A stretch of 60,990 bases of DNA from Candidatus Kaiserbacteria bacterium (GTDB lineage: Bacteria; Patescibacteriota; Minisyncoccia; Phycocordibacterales; UBA2100), in assembly GCA_021413775.1 (NCBI GenBank), contig JAIOPS010000036.1, forward strand, positions 1 to 60,990. The letters are read 5' to 3'. This document shows positions 1 through 9,285 of this stretch, in pieces. The translations under genes and the position numbers were made by a program. Below the pieces are notes generated by a model. The model ran no database searches. It was not told where the DNA came from and was given only the letters and a program-made list of their open reading frames with translations. Numbering within the stretch: the first letter of the stretch is position 1; each line of letters opens with the position of its first letter.

Positions 1-50
1 ATTGCGATAACGACTCCAATAATCAATCCGGTGCGTTGAAATGTAGTCAT
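1..50 (-). CDS. 5' fragment of a membrane/secreted protein running off the window (MTTFQRTGLIIGVVIA...)
   Basis: ATG at 50 on the minus strand, open to the window edge, hydrophobic N-terminus; CACAAT -10-like hexamer 6 nt upstream. Confidence 0.55.
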   Translation of the reverse strand, partial: MTTFQRTGLIIGVVIA

Positions 51-130
51 GGCGCAATTGTGCTCAAGAATGGAAAAACTGCAACAGGGAGCTGTGTCTG
101 GTCAAAGAATCTGTGCGGTGTAGGATTATG

Positions 131-309
131 CGGCTGCTGCGTAGACTTCTGGCAGTCGGGTCCGTATCCCTAGGCCCGTAGAACCTCGACTCGCCGCCGG
201 CAAGGCTTTCTCCCGATCGCTCGCCGGTTCGGCACCCTCCTCGGTTCGTAGACCTGTGGCGCGTACGTGTGTGCCGCCGCTTTACGAGCCCGGGAGGCTT
301 TTTCTTTTT
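131..309 (+). ncRNA. candidate structured non-coding RNA ending in a terminator-like hairpin and U-tract
   Basis: Four consecutive hairpins (131-158, 157-178, 193-233, 236-297) with several G-U pairs on the + strand; T-tract 299-309; TAGGAT -10-like hexamer at 121-126. Confidence 0.35.
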
Positions 310-327
310 ACCTATATAATGCAGCCC

Positions 328-978
328 ATGACGTATCAGGAGCGTGTGCGCGCACTTCTGACTTCCCCGGAGAAGAAACTTTTTTCGCGACTTTCAACGC
401 CGCGCAAAGTGCAGGATTATCTCGATACGCTTCCCGTAAATTTCGAACTGAAGGGCGAGACGTACATGTCGCCGCGCACGATGCTTGATTCCGGCGTCGC
501 GCATTGCTTTGAAGGCGCGACGTTTGCGGCCGCCGTGTTCGCGTACCATGGCCGAGAACCGCTCCTCATGGATTTGCAGACAACCGGCGATGATGAGGAC
601 CACGTCGTCGCTCTTTTTCAGGAGAATGGTTTCTGGGGTGCCGTCTCGAAAACGAATCACGGCATACTCCGGTACCGCGATGCAGTGTATGCGACGCCGC
701 GTGAGCTTGCGATGTCGTACTTTCACGAGTACTACCTTGAGAACGGCGCAAAGACACTGCGGCACTACTCCAAGCCGTACGACCTCTCGCAATTCAATCC
801 GACGCGCTGGGTTACATCTCCGGAGAGCCTTGAGTGGCTTGTGGACAAGCTCGATTGGTGCCGGCACTTCCCTGTCGCGCCGAAGAAAAATCTGACGCAG
901 TTGCGTGCGGTGTCCAAGCTGGAGCGGCGCAATCTCAAGCACACGGAGTGGGCCAAGAACGGCGCACGCAAAGCTTAG
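328..978 (+). CDS. conserved hypothetical protein, transglutaminase/papain-like fold
   Basis: AHCFEG and EDHVVALF motifs; start placed at ATG 328 because TATAAT (315-320) lies 7 nt upstream. Confidence 0.65.
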   Translation: MTYQERVRALLTSPEKKLFSRLSTPRKVQDYLDTLPVNFELKGETYMSPRTMLDSGVAHCFEGATFAAAVFAYHGREPLLMDLQTTGDDEDHVVALFQENGFWGAVSKTNHGILRYRDAVYATPRELAMSYFHEYYLENGAKTLRHYSKPYDLSQFNPTRWVTSPESLEWLVDKLDWCRHFPVAPKKNLTQLRAVSKLERRNLKHTEWAKNGARKA

Positions 979-2249
979 AGATAACTGAGCGGATTCAGGT
1001 ATCCCGTGAGCGGTGCGATAGGCATCGTGGCGTTCGCGCAGGGCGTCTTTGTCTGTGTGGCAGCTCCGAGCGTCATTATTTGAGTCGCAGAGGATACGTA
1101 CACGCCGAAGTGCAGGTGCGGACCGGTCGCGTAGCCGGTCTCGCCCGAATAGCCGAGGAGCTCACCTGTCGCGACGGTCTGACCCTTAGTCACGGAAATC
1201 TGCGAGAGGTGCGCATACATTGTGTTCAAGCCATTGGAGTGCTGAATCATGACCCACTTGCCGAACGAGTAGCATCCCTTTACTGCATCCGTGTTGCCCG
1301 TGCCGAGGATTACGCCCGAGAGCGCCGCTTTTATCGGCGTTCCGATGGATGCGGCAAAGTCCATGCCGTTGTGGCCCTTGCCGGCGTATGCGCCTGATTT
1401 GGCGAAATCCGTGTTGCCGAAGTACTGCGTAATACGTACGTTGTCGAGCGGATAATGCAAAACGCCTTTGCCGGCTTTCGTAATCTCGCTCGGCGCAACG
1501 GTGTAATTCAGTTTCGCCTGCAGGTCGTTGAGCGCGTCTTCGAACGCGGCTTCCTGCGCTTTTTTCTGAGCAAGAATTTTCTGATAGTTCGCTTCCTGTG
1601 CTTTCGTCTGCGAGAGGAGTTCCGCTTGCGATTGGCGGGTCGCACTGAGTGAGCCCTGCTGTGTCGTAAGTGTTTTCTGCTGCGTCAAAAGGAGCTCATG
1701 CTTTTTTTCGGCGGCGGTTTTAGAGTCGGTAAGCTCCTGCTTTTCGGTATTGAGCACCGTTATCTTGTCTCTCACAGCCTGCTGTATCTGTGCCTGAGCA
1801 TCGGCATCTTCCCAGATGCTCGTAAATGTCTCTGAAGAAAGTACCGCAAACGCGAGCGGTTGGGATTCCGTCTCAACGAGAAGCCGGAAGGATTGTTTCA
1901 GGGCCTCCGTGTCCTTATCTATAGTCGCCTGCGTAGATTCAATAGTATGACCGAGCGTCGATATTTGCGCCTGTGTCGTTGATATCTGCTTTTGCGTAAC
2001 GGCGATGCTGCTCTGCAGCTTCTTCTTCTGTAGGTCGAGCTGGTTTATTTTATTCTGCAGCGTATTTTTCTGCGTCGTGGTCGTCTTGAGTTGCGCCTCG
2101 TACTGCGCTATCTCTTTGTTGAGCTGGTCGATTTGAGTGTTGTTCTGGTCAATCTGTTTTTGCAGCTCTTCAACACTCTGAGCAAATGCCGAAAACGGCA
2201 CGTACAAAAAGCACACTGCGATAAGTGAAAACGTGAGAATGCGCCTCAT
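975..2249 (-). CDS. M23 family peptidoglycan endopeptidase with signal peptide and long coiled coil
   Basis: Signal peptide, heptad coiled coil, HNGMD and GPHLHF zinc-binding motifs. Confidence 0.9.
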   Translation of the reverse strand: MRRILTFSLIAVCFLYVPFSAFAQSVEELQKQIDQNNTQIDQLNKEIAQYEAQLKTTTTQKNTLQNKINQLDLQKKKLQSSIAVTQKQISTTQAQISTLGHTIESTQATIDKDTEALKQSFRLLVETESQPLAFAVLSSETFTSIWEDADAQAQIQQAVRDKITVLNTEKQELTDSKTAAEKKHELLLTQQKTLTTQQGSLSATRQSQAELLSQTKAQEANYQKILAQKKAQEAAFEDALNDLQAKLNYTVAPSEITKAGKGVLHYPLDNVRITQYFGNTDFAKSGAYAGKGHNGMDFAASIGTPIKAALSGVILGTGNTDAVKGCYSFGKWVMIQHSNGLNTMYAHLSQISVTKGQTVATGELLGYSGETGYATGPHLHFGVYVSSATQIMTLGAATQTKTPCANATMPIAPLTGYLNPLSYL

Positions 2250-3592
2250 AGACCGAGGCGTTGGCGCGCGTTTGAGATTCTCTCAAGCGACGCATGTTTT
2301 CCTATAATGGATGCAATCATGAACGGGTCCGGAGATTTCTCGCGGCCGGAAAGCGAATACCGAAGCGGCCATAGTACGTTGCCGCGGCCTTCGGAAGTGG
2401 CGTATTCCCACACGCTCTCTTTCAGACGGTCGTGATCCGCGAAACTTTCCTCGGCCAGGGCGGACCATACTTCATGAATCTTCTGCAGGTGGCGGGAAGC
2501 GTCGGCCGCAGTAGATTTTTTCTGCACGATGGAGGCGCTATCGGGTTCCGGGTGCTTGAAGAAGTAATCGAACTCCCCTTCCTCCGCCATGGGTGCGATG
2601 TCTCCGCTTGCGGCGATGCGCTCGCGCAGAACAGGCACTGTTTTCAGCGCTATCGAATCATTCCAGTCCACTCCCCTCTTTTCAAGTGCGGTGCGGAGTG
2701 CGGGAAGCGCGTACGCGGCAAACTCTTCGTCGGAAAGTCGTGCGAGGTACTGTTTGTTGTACCAGCGGAGTTTTTCCACATCGAATACCGCGCCGCTCTT
2801 ATGAATGCTCGATATCTCAAAAAGTTCTATAAGCTCCTGTAGTGTAAAAATCTCCTGCTCCGTACCGGGATTCCAGCCGAGGAGGGCGACGTAGTTGATG
2901 AGTGCGTGCGGCAGTATCCCCTGTTCGCGGTAGTACCGCACCGATGAGCCTTCGCGGCGCTTCGACATCTTGCTCTTATCCGGCATGAGAATGAGCGGCA
3001 GGTGCGCGTATGCGGGCACTTCGAAACCGAGTGCCTGATGCAGCAGAATGTGGCGCTGTGTGTTGGAGACATGGTCTTCACCGCGTATGACGTGGGTCAC
3101 ACCCTCGTCGTGGTCGTCTACGACGACGGCGAGATGGTACAACGGTTCGGACATCGAGCGCGCAATCACGAAATCACCGAGCTCTGTAGTGTCGAATGTG
3201 ATGTCACCACGGATAAGGTCGGTGAATGTAATCATCTGACCGCTGTTCCTGAGTCTGATGACCTCGACCTCCTTCGAGGCATCGTCCTTTGCCGGCTCCC
3301 GCGAAACGTACGCGAGGTCCCGTGCAATGAGGTCCGTGAGAACTTCCGTGTGACGGGGACGATGCTCGGACTGTTTGAATGTTTTATCCGCGTTGAGTCC
3401 CAGCCAGGCGAATTGTTCAAAGATATCCGCTTCGAATTCAGGACGGTTACGCTCGAGGTCGGTGTCTTCGATGCGGAGAATAAATGAGCCGCTGTTTTTC
3501 TTTGCGAAAAGGTAGCAAAAGAGCGCAGTACGGGCTAATCCGAAGTGAAGGTAGCCGGTGGGGCTCGGCGCTATGCGGGTAACGGGATTCAT
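2246..3592 (-). CDS. gltX: glutamate--tRNA ligase
   Basis: RIAPSPTGYLHFG (HIGH-like), LRIEDTD, IRGEDH, KMSKR. Confidence 0.95.
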   Translation of the reverse strand: MNPVTRIAPSPTGYLHFGLARTALFCYLFAKKNSGSFILRIEDTDLERNRPEFEADIFEQFAWLGLNADKTFKQSEHRPRHTEVLTDLIARDLAYVSREPAKDDASKEVEVIRLRNSGQMITFTDLIRGDITFDTTELGDFVIARSMSEPLYHLAVVVDDHDEGVTHVIRGEDHVSNTQRHILLHQALGFEVPAYAHLPLILMPDKSKMSKRREGSSVRYYREQGILPHALINYVALLGWNPGTEQEIFTLQELIELFEISSIHKSGAVFDVEKLRWYNKQYLARLSDEEFAAYALPALRTALEKRGVDWNDSIALKTVPVLRERIAASGDIAPMAEEGEFDYFFKHPEPDSASIVQKKSTAADASRHLQKIHEVWSALAEESFADHDRLKESVWEYATSEGRGNVLWPLRYSLSGREKSPDPFMIASIIGKHASLERISNARQRLGL

Positions 3593-3596
3593 AAAG

Positions 3597-4739
3597 TTAT
3601 ACGGGTTCGTGTTCGACTGCTATTTCGACAAGCATTGCGGCGATTTTGTGAGCGGCATGCGGCCGGGCGTATTCGAGAGCCGCGGCCTTCATCGTATCGC
3701 GCGCGGTAGCGTCGCCTACGATGCGGTCGATTTCCGCCACGAGAATGTGCGAGGAGAGATTGCGCTGCTCTATAACTTCAGCGGCTCCGGAGCGCGCATA
3801 CGAAAAAGCGTTTTCCGTCTGGTCGTGGGAAATGTCTTCGGGAATAGGAATGAGAATTGACGGAATTCCCCAGCTCGCGATTTCGAAAATAGTTCCGGAA
3901 CCGGCGCGCGCGATGATGAGTGTCGAAATACCCGCAGCCATACGCATGGCGAGTGTGTTGAGGAGGCCGAACGCACGATAGTGGTCACGCTGCGGTGAGT
4001 TTTCCAATACGACCCGGGCGATGCCCGCCACGCCTTCCAGATTTGCGGTCCCGGCCTGATGCACGATGTTGTACTTCGTGACCAGGTCGGGCAATGAGCT
4101 GAGTACCGTTTCGTTGATGGCCTGGGCACCCTGCGAACCTCCCATAATGAATATAGTCGGGACGTTCGGATCAAGCTTCAAAAATTCATACCCGCCTTCC
4201 TTAGCGGCTGTTTCGATTTCTTTGCGTATCGGATGTCCGACCCGGGCGATTTTGTCCCGGACTTTTGCGGGGAACTTCATCGCAGCGTCCGGATGCGCGA
4301 CGCCGATTTTGTACGCGAACTTTGACGACCAGAGAGAGACTCTTCCCGGGTTTGCGTCGGCATCGTAAATAACCACGGGAAGGCGCAAAAGGCGCGCCGC
4401 GTACAGTGTCGGAAATGCCGCATAGCCGCCCGTGGAGAAAATGACATCCGGGTACAGTTTGTACAGCTGCATGACGGAGCTCGCGATACCGGCAGCGGTT
4501 TTAAACATGTCGAGCACATTCAAAAAACTCGGATAGTGACGCAGGCGTCCCGCAGAAGACTTTTGCCATTGGATGTCGTGTTCGAGCAGTGCGGATTTAT
4601 CAAAGGGTTCAGGTCCGAGGTATATGAGTTCCGGCTCGAGAAGAACCTTCTCTTTCGTGATGTCCTCCAAAGCTTCGGCAACGGCGATGAGCGGGTAGAA
4701 ATGCCCGCCTGTGCCTCCTCCTACGAGAACGATACGCAT
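3597..4739 (-). CDS. murG: UDP-GlcNAc:lipid I N-acetylglucosaminyltransferase
   Basis: GGGTGGH, GGSQGA, ARAGSGT motifs; next to ftsW and mraY. Confidence 0.95.
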   Translation of the reverse strand: MRIVLVGGGTGGHFYPLIAVAEALEDITKEKVLLEPELIYLGPEPFDKSALLEHDIQWQKSSAGRLRHYPSFLNVLDMFKTAAGIASSVMQLYKLYPDVIFSTGGYAAFPTLYAARLLRLPVVIYDADANPGRVSLWSSKFAYKIGVAHPDAAMKFPAKVRDKIARVGHPIRKEIETAAKEGGYEFLKLDPNVPTIFIMGGSQGAQAINETVLSSLPDLVTKYNIVHQAGTANLEGVAGIARVVLENSPQRDHYRAFGLLNTLAMRMAAGISTLIIARAGSGTIFEIASWGIPSILIPIPEDISHDQTENAFSYARSGAAEVIEQRNLSSHILVAEIDRIVGDATARDTMKAAALEYARPHAAHKIAAMLVEIAVEHEPV

Positions 4740-4788
4740 CGCCCTATTGTAACGTCCCTGAGCCCTAAAACAATGAGCATTTCAGTGC

Positions 4789-5904
4789 TTATGCGGAGGT
4801 GCGAGCGCTTTTGAAACGGGAAATGCTCAGGAGCAGGCCTGCGGCTGCGAGGGAGACCAGCATGGCGCTACCGCCTTGGGAAATAAACGTGAGCGGGATG
4901 CCGGTGAGCGGCGCTACGCCGAGCATCGCGGCGATGTTGATGAAGGCTTCCACGACAAGGTACGTGCAGATGCCGATACCGAGGAGTGCGCCGAACATAT
5001 CGGGCGCACGCGCGGAGACCGTATAGCCGCGAAGAGCAAACGAGAGGTACAGCAGTATCAGAAAACCCGCCCCCAAAAATCCCAGCTCCTCGGCGGCGAC
5101 GGCGAATATCGAATCGCCCATCGGTTCGGGCAGATAGGTAAACTTCTGAATCCCCTGGCCGAATCCGCGTCCTGTGAATCCGCCGCTGCCGACGGCAATG
5201 AGGGATTGCTTAATCTGGTATGACTGCCCCTGCTGTCCCTGTGCGGGGTTCAGGAAGGTTTCTACACGGTCGCGGATGTACGGCTTCATCGTTGCGAGGA
5301 GTCCCAAGCCGAGAATGCCGATGACCAAGACAAGGAGAAGGTCGCGCACGGACGCGCCTGCTGCGAGGAACATCGCGCCGACGGAGAAACAGATGATACT
5401 GAGCGTACCGATGTCCGGCTGCAGTATCAAAATTGCCGCAGGTACCGCGAGTATGCCGAAAAAACCGCCCAGTCCGTACAAGAGTGTGCCGATTTTATTT
5501 TTGTAAACTGAAAAGTACGTCGCGGCAAAAAGTATCGCACCCACTTTCATTGCTTCGGAAGGTTGAAACGACATGTTCATGAGCACTATCCACCGGCGTC
5601 CCCCGCCGTGACTCATGCCGATATGTGGTACGAAGACCGCCGCGGTTGCAAGAATCGACAGAGCGAAAATGTACGGCGTGTAAGGCTTCCAAACGCGGTA
5701 GTCGATGTAAGTAAGAGCAACCAGAAGAACAGAACCCAGGCCGAGGCCGAGTACGAGGTGACTGAAAAAGACGCTCGACATGCTCGAGCCCCTCGCAAGA
5801 AGCCCGAATGCGGCCGAAGCGAAGATAAGCGCGCCCGAAATAATGAGTATCGCGATGAGCGACGCAAGAGGCTTATCAATGCGGTTTTTTGTTCTTCCTG
5901 CCAC
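4789..5904 (-). CDS. ftsW: SEDS family peptidoglycan polymerase FtsW
   Basis: Multi-TM; FQPSE, QPDIG, YLPE, PLTGIPLTFISQGGS motifs. Confidence 0.9.
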   Translation of the reverse strand: MAGRTKNRIDKPLASLIAILIISGALIFASAAFGLLARGSSMSSVFFSHLVLGLGLGSVLLVALTYIDYRVWKPYTPYIFALSILATAAVFVPHIGMSHGGGRRWIVLMNMSFQPSEAMKVGAILFAATYFSVYKNKIGTLLYGLGGFFGILAVPAAILILQPDIGTLSIICFSVGAMFLAAGASVRDLLLVLVIGILGLGLLATMKPYIRDRVETFLNPAQGQQGQSYQIKQSLIAVGSGGFTGRGFGQGIQKFTYLPEPMGDSIFAVAAEELGFLGAGFLILLYLSFALRGYTVSARAPDMFGALLGIGICTYLVVEAFINIAAMLGVAPLTGIPLTFISQGGSAMLVSLAAAGLLLSISRFKSARTSA

Positions 5905-5916
5905 CGCTGAATTCTA

Positions 5917-7011
5917 CTATACGACCGGCGTTGCAATTGCGGCGAGTGCGATGATAACGCCCGCAACAGCAAAGACAACGGAAAGCACCCAGTACCGCAT
6001 GACGACTTTCGTGCCCGGCCAACCGATTGCCTCGAAATGGTGATGGAGCGGCGCTATCCGGAGAAGCTTCCTGCCAAGAACACGTTTCCAAAAGACCTGC
6101 AGGATATCGGAGAGCACCGTGACGACGAGAAGCGCCCCGATAATCGGCAAAACGGCGACCCCGACGCCGCCGCCGAGCTTGTCGGTCATGAAGGCGACGA
6201 CGGCAAGCGCCAGCGTGAGCCCCATCGTGCCGGTGTCGGTCATGTAGAAGCGGGCGGGCGGGATGTTGAACCAGAGAAACGCGAGGAGTGCCCCGACGAT
6301 GGAGGCGCAGAATGCCGCGAGGTTAATCTGACTCTGGGCGAATGCGATTATCGTATATGAGGCGAATATGCTCGCGAAGACGCCGCCGGAGAGTCCGTCT
6401 ATGCCGTCAATCACACCGGACGCGTAGAGCGCGAGCGACATGAGAATAAAAAACGGAATGATGAATGCGCCGAGATAGAGCGGATGCGCAAACGGAATGT
6501 TTATCACGGATACATCGAGCTTCGCCCAGAACCACCAGCCGATGACGAACGAAAGCGCGAGCACGATGAGAAGGCGGTACCGCAAGGGCAGTCCTGTCCC
6601 ACCCTCCTGAATAACGAGGAGGTCGTCTACAAGACCGACAAGCGAACCGATGATGAGAGCGGTCAGCGGTATCCACGTCTGATTGCGGCTGAGAAAGTCG
6701 AGGTGCGGAAGCTGTTCGGGGAAAAGGTATGCGGCAATCGCCGTACCGAAGACGGTAAAAAGCACGGACGCCCAAATAATGATGCCGCCCATGCGCGGGG
6801 CGCGGACCTCGTGCGAGACGTGCAATCGGTTGAACTCCGATGCGGACGAGCCGTCCAGTGCGACCTTGCCTGCACGCTTCTTCCACGCCTTATGTGCGTA
6901 CAAATAGTGCGCAACGACAGGGGTGAGAAGCATGCCGATGACGAACGCGGTAGTTGCGGGTACAAGTACGCGGATGAGGTCGATATGCGTAGCAGCTGTT
7001 TCAAATACCAT
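5917..7011 (-). CDS. mraY: phospho-N-acetylmuramoyl-pentapeptide transferase
   Basis: PRMGG, DGIDGL, FNIPPA, APLHHHFE; start moved to ATG 7011 to avoid overlap with the upstream gene. Confidence 0.9.
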   Translation of the reverse strand: MVFETAATHIDLIRVLVPATTAFVIGMLLTPVVAHYLYAHKAWKKRAGKVALDGSSASEFNRLHVSHEVRAPRMGGIIIWASVLFTVFGTAIAAYLFPEQLPHLDFLSRNQTWIPLTALIIGSLVGLVDDLLVIQEGGTGLPLRYRLLIVLALSFVIGWWFWAKLDVSVINIPFAHPLYLGAFIIPFFILMSLALYASGVIDGIDGLSGGVFASIFASYTIIAFAQSQINLAAFCASIVGALLAFLWFNIPPARFYMTDTGTMGLTLALAVVAFMTDKLGGGVGVAVLPIIGALLVVTVLSDILQVFWKRVLGRKLLRIAPLHHHFEAIGWPGTKVVMRYWVLSVVFAVAGVIIALAAIATPVV

Positions 7012-7015
7012 ATGA

Positions 7016-8008
7016 TTATCGGCCTCCGGTAACGGACTCCCGGGCAAGCGGAACAATTTTTTTCATATCAGTGAACCGGCCCTCGTGCGTTGAGCCGAGT
7101 ACCACCGCGGCAATCGGGTGATCCAGTCCGATATCAAAAACGACGGTCAGGTTTCCGCCCGCGAGATCGGTGTACCCGGTTTTCCCCATCGCAAGTCCGG
7201 GAATGTCTCCGAGGGCTTCGTTGGTATTGAACGCGGTCGTCGTGTCGCCGTCTTCGCCGCGCAGGTGCAAACCGTCTTCGGTCGTTGCCGAAAAGAGAAG
7301 CGGCGAAGTGGATGCGGCGTATGCCATCATCGTCGCAACATCGCGTGCGCTCGCATAGGCTCCCGCCTGCGTCACCGACAGGTCGAGTCCGTTCGCATTT
7401 AAAAAGTACGCGTGCTGCATGCCGATTTCCTGAGCAAGACTGTTCATGCGCCAGATTGTCGCATCCTCAGCGGGAGAAGCGGGAAATTTCGCATGCACTG
7501 AGTCGTTCGCTGCGGCTGCGAGAATATTCGCGCCTTCATTCGATGAGGCGATAAGGGTGAAGTTGATGATGTCTCTCACCGACCAGCGTTCGCCTGCAGC
7601 GAGACGCTCCGTCGCGCCAGGAGGCGATGTATCGTACGGAATCGTTACGACGGTATCGAGCGGAAGCGACTCCGCAACAGCGAGCGTCAGCATAATTTTC
7701 GTAATGGACGCAAGGGGGAGCTGCGCGTCGGCGTTTTTTTCAAAAAGAACCTTATGAGTCTTCATGTCGTACACGATTGCGGACTTGGCCGTCAGTACCA
7801 CATCGCGGAACGGGTCAGCTACGGCAGCGGCGGCCGTTGCGCTCTGGCTCGCGGGAGGCTGCTTCGTCGTATCCAGAAACTGAACGACGAAGAGAAATGA
7901 TGCGATACCCATAAGAAAAATCGACGCCACGCCGTAGAGCCGGGGCGGTTGCAAAAGACTCTGTAACCCGTTAGAGGGCTGATTCGGTAGATTCTCCGGC
8001 ATCTGCAT
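7016..8008 (-). CDS. D-alanyl-D-alanine carboxypeptidase (peptidase S11)
   Basis: PLASITK (SxxK), SSN and GKTG motifs; N-terminal TM anchor. Confidence 0.9.
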   Translation of the reverse strand: MQMPENLPNQPSNGLQSLLQPPRLYGVASIFLMGIASFLFVVQFLDTTKQPPASQSATAAAAVADPFRDVVLTAKSAIVYDMKTHKVLFEKNADAQLPLASITKIMLTLAVAESLPLDTVVTIPYDTSPPGATERLAAGERWSVRDIINFTLIASSNEGANILAAAANDSVHAKFPASPAEDATIWRMNSLAQEIGMQHAYFLNANGLDLSVTQAGAYASARDVATMMAYAASTSPLLFSATTEDGLHLRGEDGDTTTAFNTNEALGDIPGLAMGKTGYTDLAGGNLTVVFDIGLDHPIAAVVLGSTHEGRFTDMKKIVPLARESVTGGR

Positions 8009-8543
8009 GGAACGGACTGCTCGATTGCTCGAAAGCGGCCAATTCGCTTGCTATTTTAGCATAATCAGGCAATTCAGCGAGATTTCGGACACCGATATGC
8101 GCGAGAAGTTCAGTCGTCGGACGGTACAGGTATTCTCTTTGGTCATTCGGATTCTGCGCGCGTTCGATGAGGCCGCGCGCGGTGAGCGTACGTATCGTCG
8201 ATGACGTGTTCACGCCGCGGATGTAATCAATCTGAGAACGTGTCGAGGGACCCCGGTAGAGGAGAATCGAGAGGACCTCGAGCCCCGCGTCTCCGATTTC
8301 GCGTCCGACCTCCCTCTCAAATGCCTTCTCGATTGTGCCGGCTACCGACGCGGCAACGGTCAGAGCAACTTCGGTTTCTGTTTCAACAATTGAGAGGCCT
8401 GTTCCCTCTTTGCGGGCAGCAAGATCGTGAACACCGGCGGTAAGTGCCTGAGCATCCACCTCGAGCAGCTGCGTAAGCTTTTTACGCGCCAGAGAGCCTC
8501 CCTCTGAAAACAGCAGTGCTTCAATTCTGTTCGCGAGATCCAT
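7971..8543 (-). CDS. scpB: SMC-Scp complex subunit ScpB
   Basis: IEALLF, LEVLSILLY, IDYIRGVN; follows scpA; TATACT 6 nt upstream of ATG 8543. Confidence 0.9.
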   Translation of the reverse strand: MDLANRIEALLFSEGGSLARKKLTQLLEVDAQALTAGVHDLAARKEGTGLSIVETETEVALTVAASVAGTIEKAFEREVGREIGDAGLEVLSILLYRGPSTRSQIDYIRGVNTSSTIRTLTARGLIERAQNPNDQREYLYRPTTELLAHIGVRNLAELPDYAKIASELAAFEQSSSPFHADAGESTESAL

Positions 8544-8559
8544 ACAGGCAGTATACCGT

Positions 8560-9285
8560 TCAGGCGCCGTAGCGCGGAGCGCCGACCTGTTCGATTTCGA
8601 TTGTAATGTCTTCAAACAATTTTTCCTGCGAAACGCTCGCTGAACCGGAGCGGACCAGCTCAAGCATGGCCAGAAAATAGACAATGACCTCATGCTTGTC
8701 ACGCGTCTGTGTGAGCTCACTGAAACGTGCCTTAAAAGCGGTGGTAAGCCGTTTCTTCAGACCCGCGATGACATCTTCGAGTGCGAGTACGGGCGCAACG
8801 CTCGCCTCGATGAGAGTCTCCGGCTTCGGAAGAATCTGGAGGAGTTTTAGTGCTGCGGCGTGGATAGTGTCGACAGATGATTCCGCCGGAGAGAAAAACG
8901 CGGCGCGAGCGGGACTCCTCACGGGAAAACGGTACGGCGCAAGACCCCACGACTTGCGAAGCATCTTCGCACATTCACGGACGATGCGAAGCCGCGCCAG
9001 CCGGCGTTCGAGCTCGTCGACCGACTCGCGCTCCTCTTCGGTCAGATCCATCGAAGGGAGGAGGGTCCTGGATTTGATAAGTAACAGCGTTGATGCGACA
9101 AGTATGAACTGCGCCGTTTCTCCCAGCGGCAGCGAGGGGAGTTTCTCTACGTACGCGAGATATGAATCGGTAACGTCAGCGAGCGAGATGTCGGTAATCG
9201 ACATTTTCCGCGCCTCTATCATGTCGAGAAGTGCCTCGAGCGGTCCCTGGTACTGTTCCGTTGCAAGCGTGAATTTTTCGCTCAT
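8560..9285 (-). CDS. scpA: segregation and condensation protein ScpA
   Basis: YQGPLEALL, LLLIKSRTLLP, FLAMLEL. Confidence 0.9.
   Translation of the reverse strand: MSEKFTLATEQYQGPLEALLDMIEARKMSITDISLADVTDSYLAYVEKLPSLPLGETAQFILVASTLLLIKSRTLLPSMDLTEEERESVDELERRLARLRIVRECAKMLRKSWGLAPYRFPVRSPARAAFFSPAESSVDTIHAAALKLLQILPKPETLIEASVAPVLALEDVIAGLKKRLTTAFKARFSELTQTRDKHEVIVYFLAMLELVRSGSASVSQEKLFEDITIEIEQVGAPRYGA

Noticed and set aside
128-181. Short ORF MRLLRRLLAVGSVSLGP* as a leader peptide
   Set aside because: Its ATG is only 1 nt after the putative -10 box and so would lie upstream of the transcript start; the downstream gene has its own promoter
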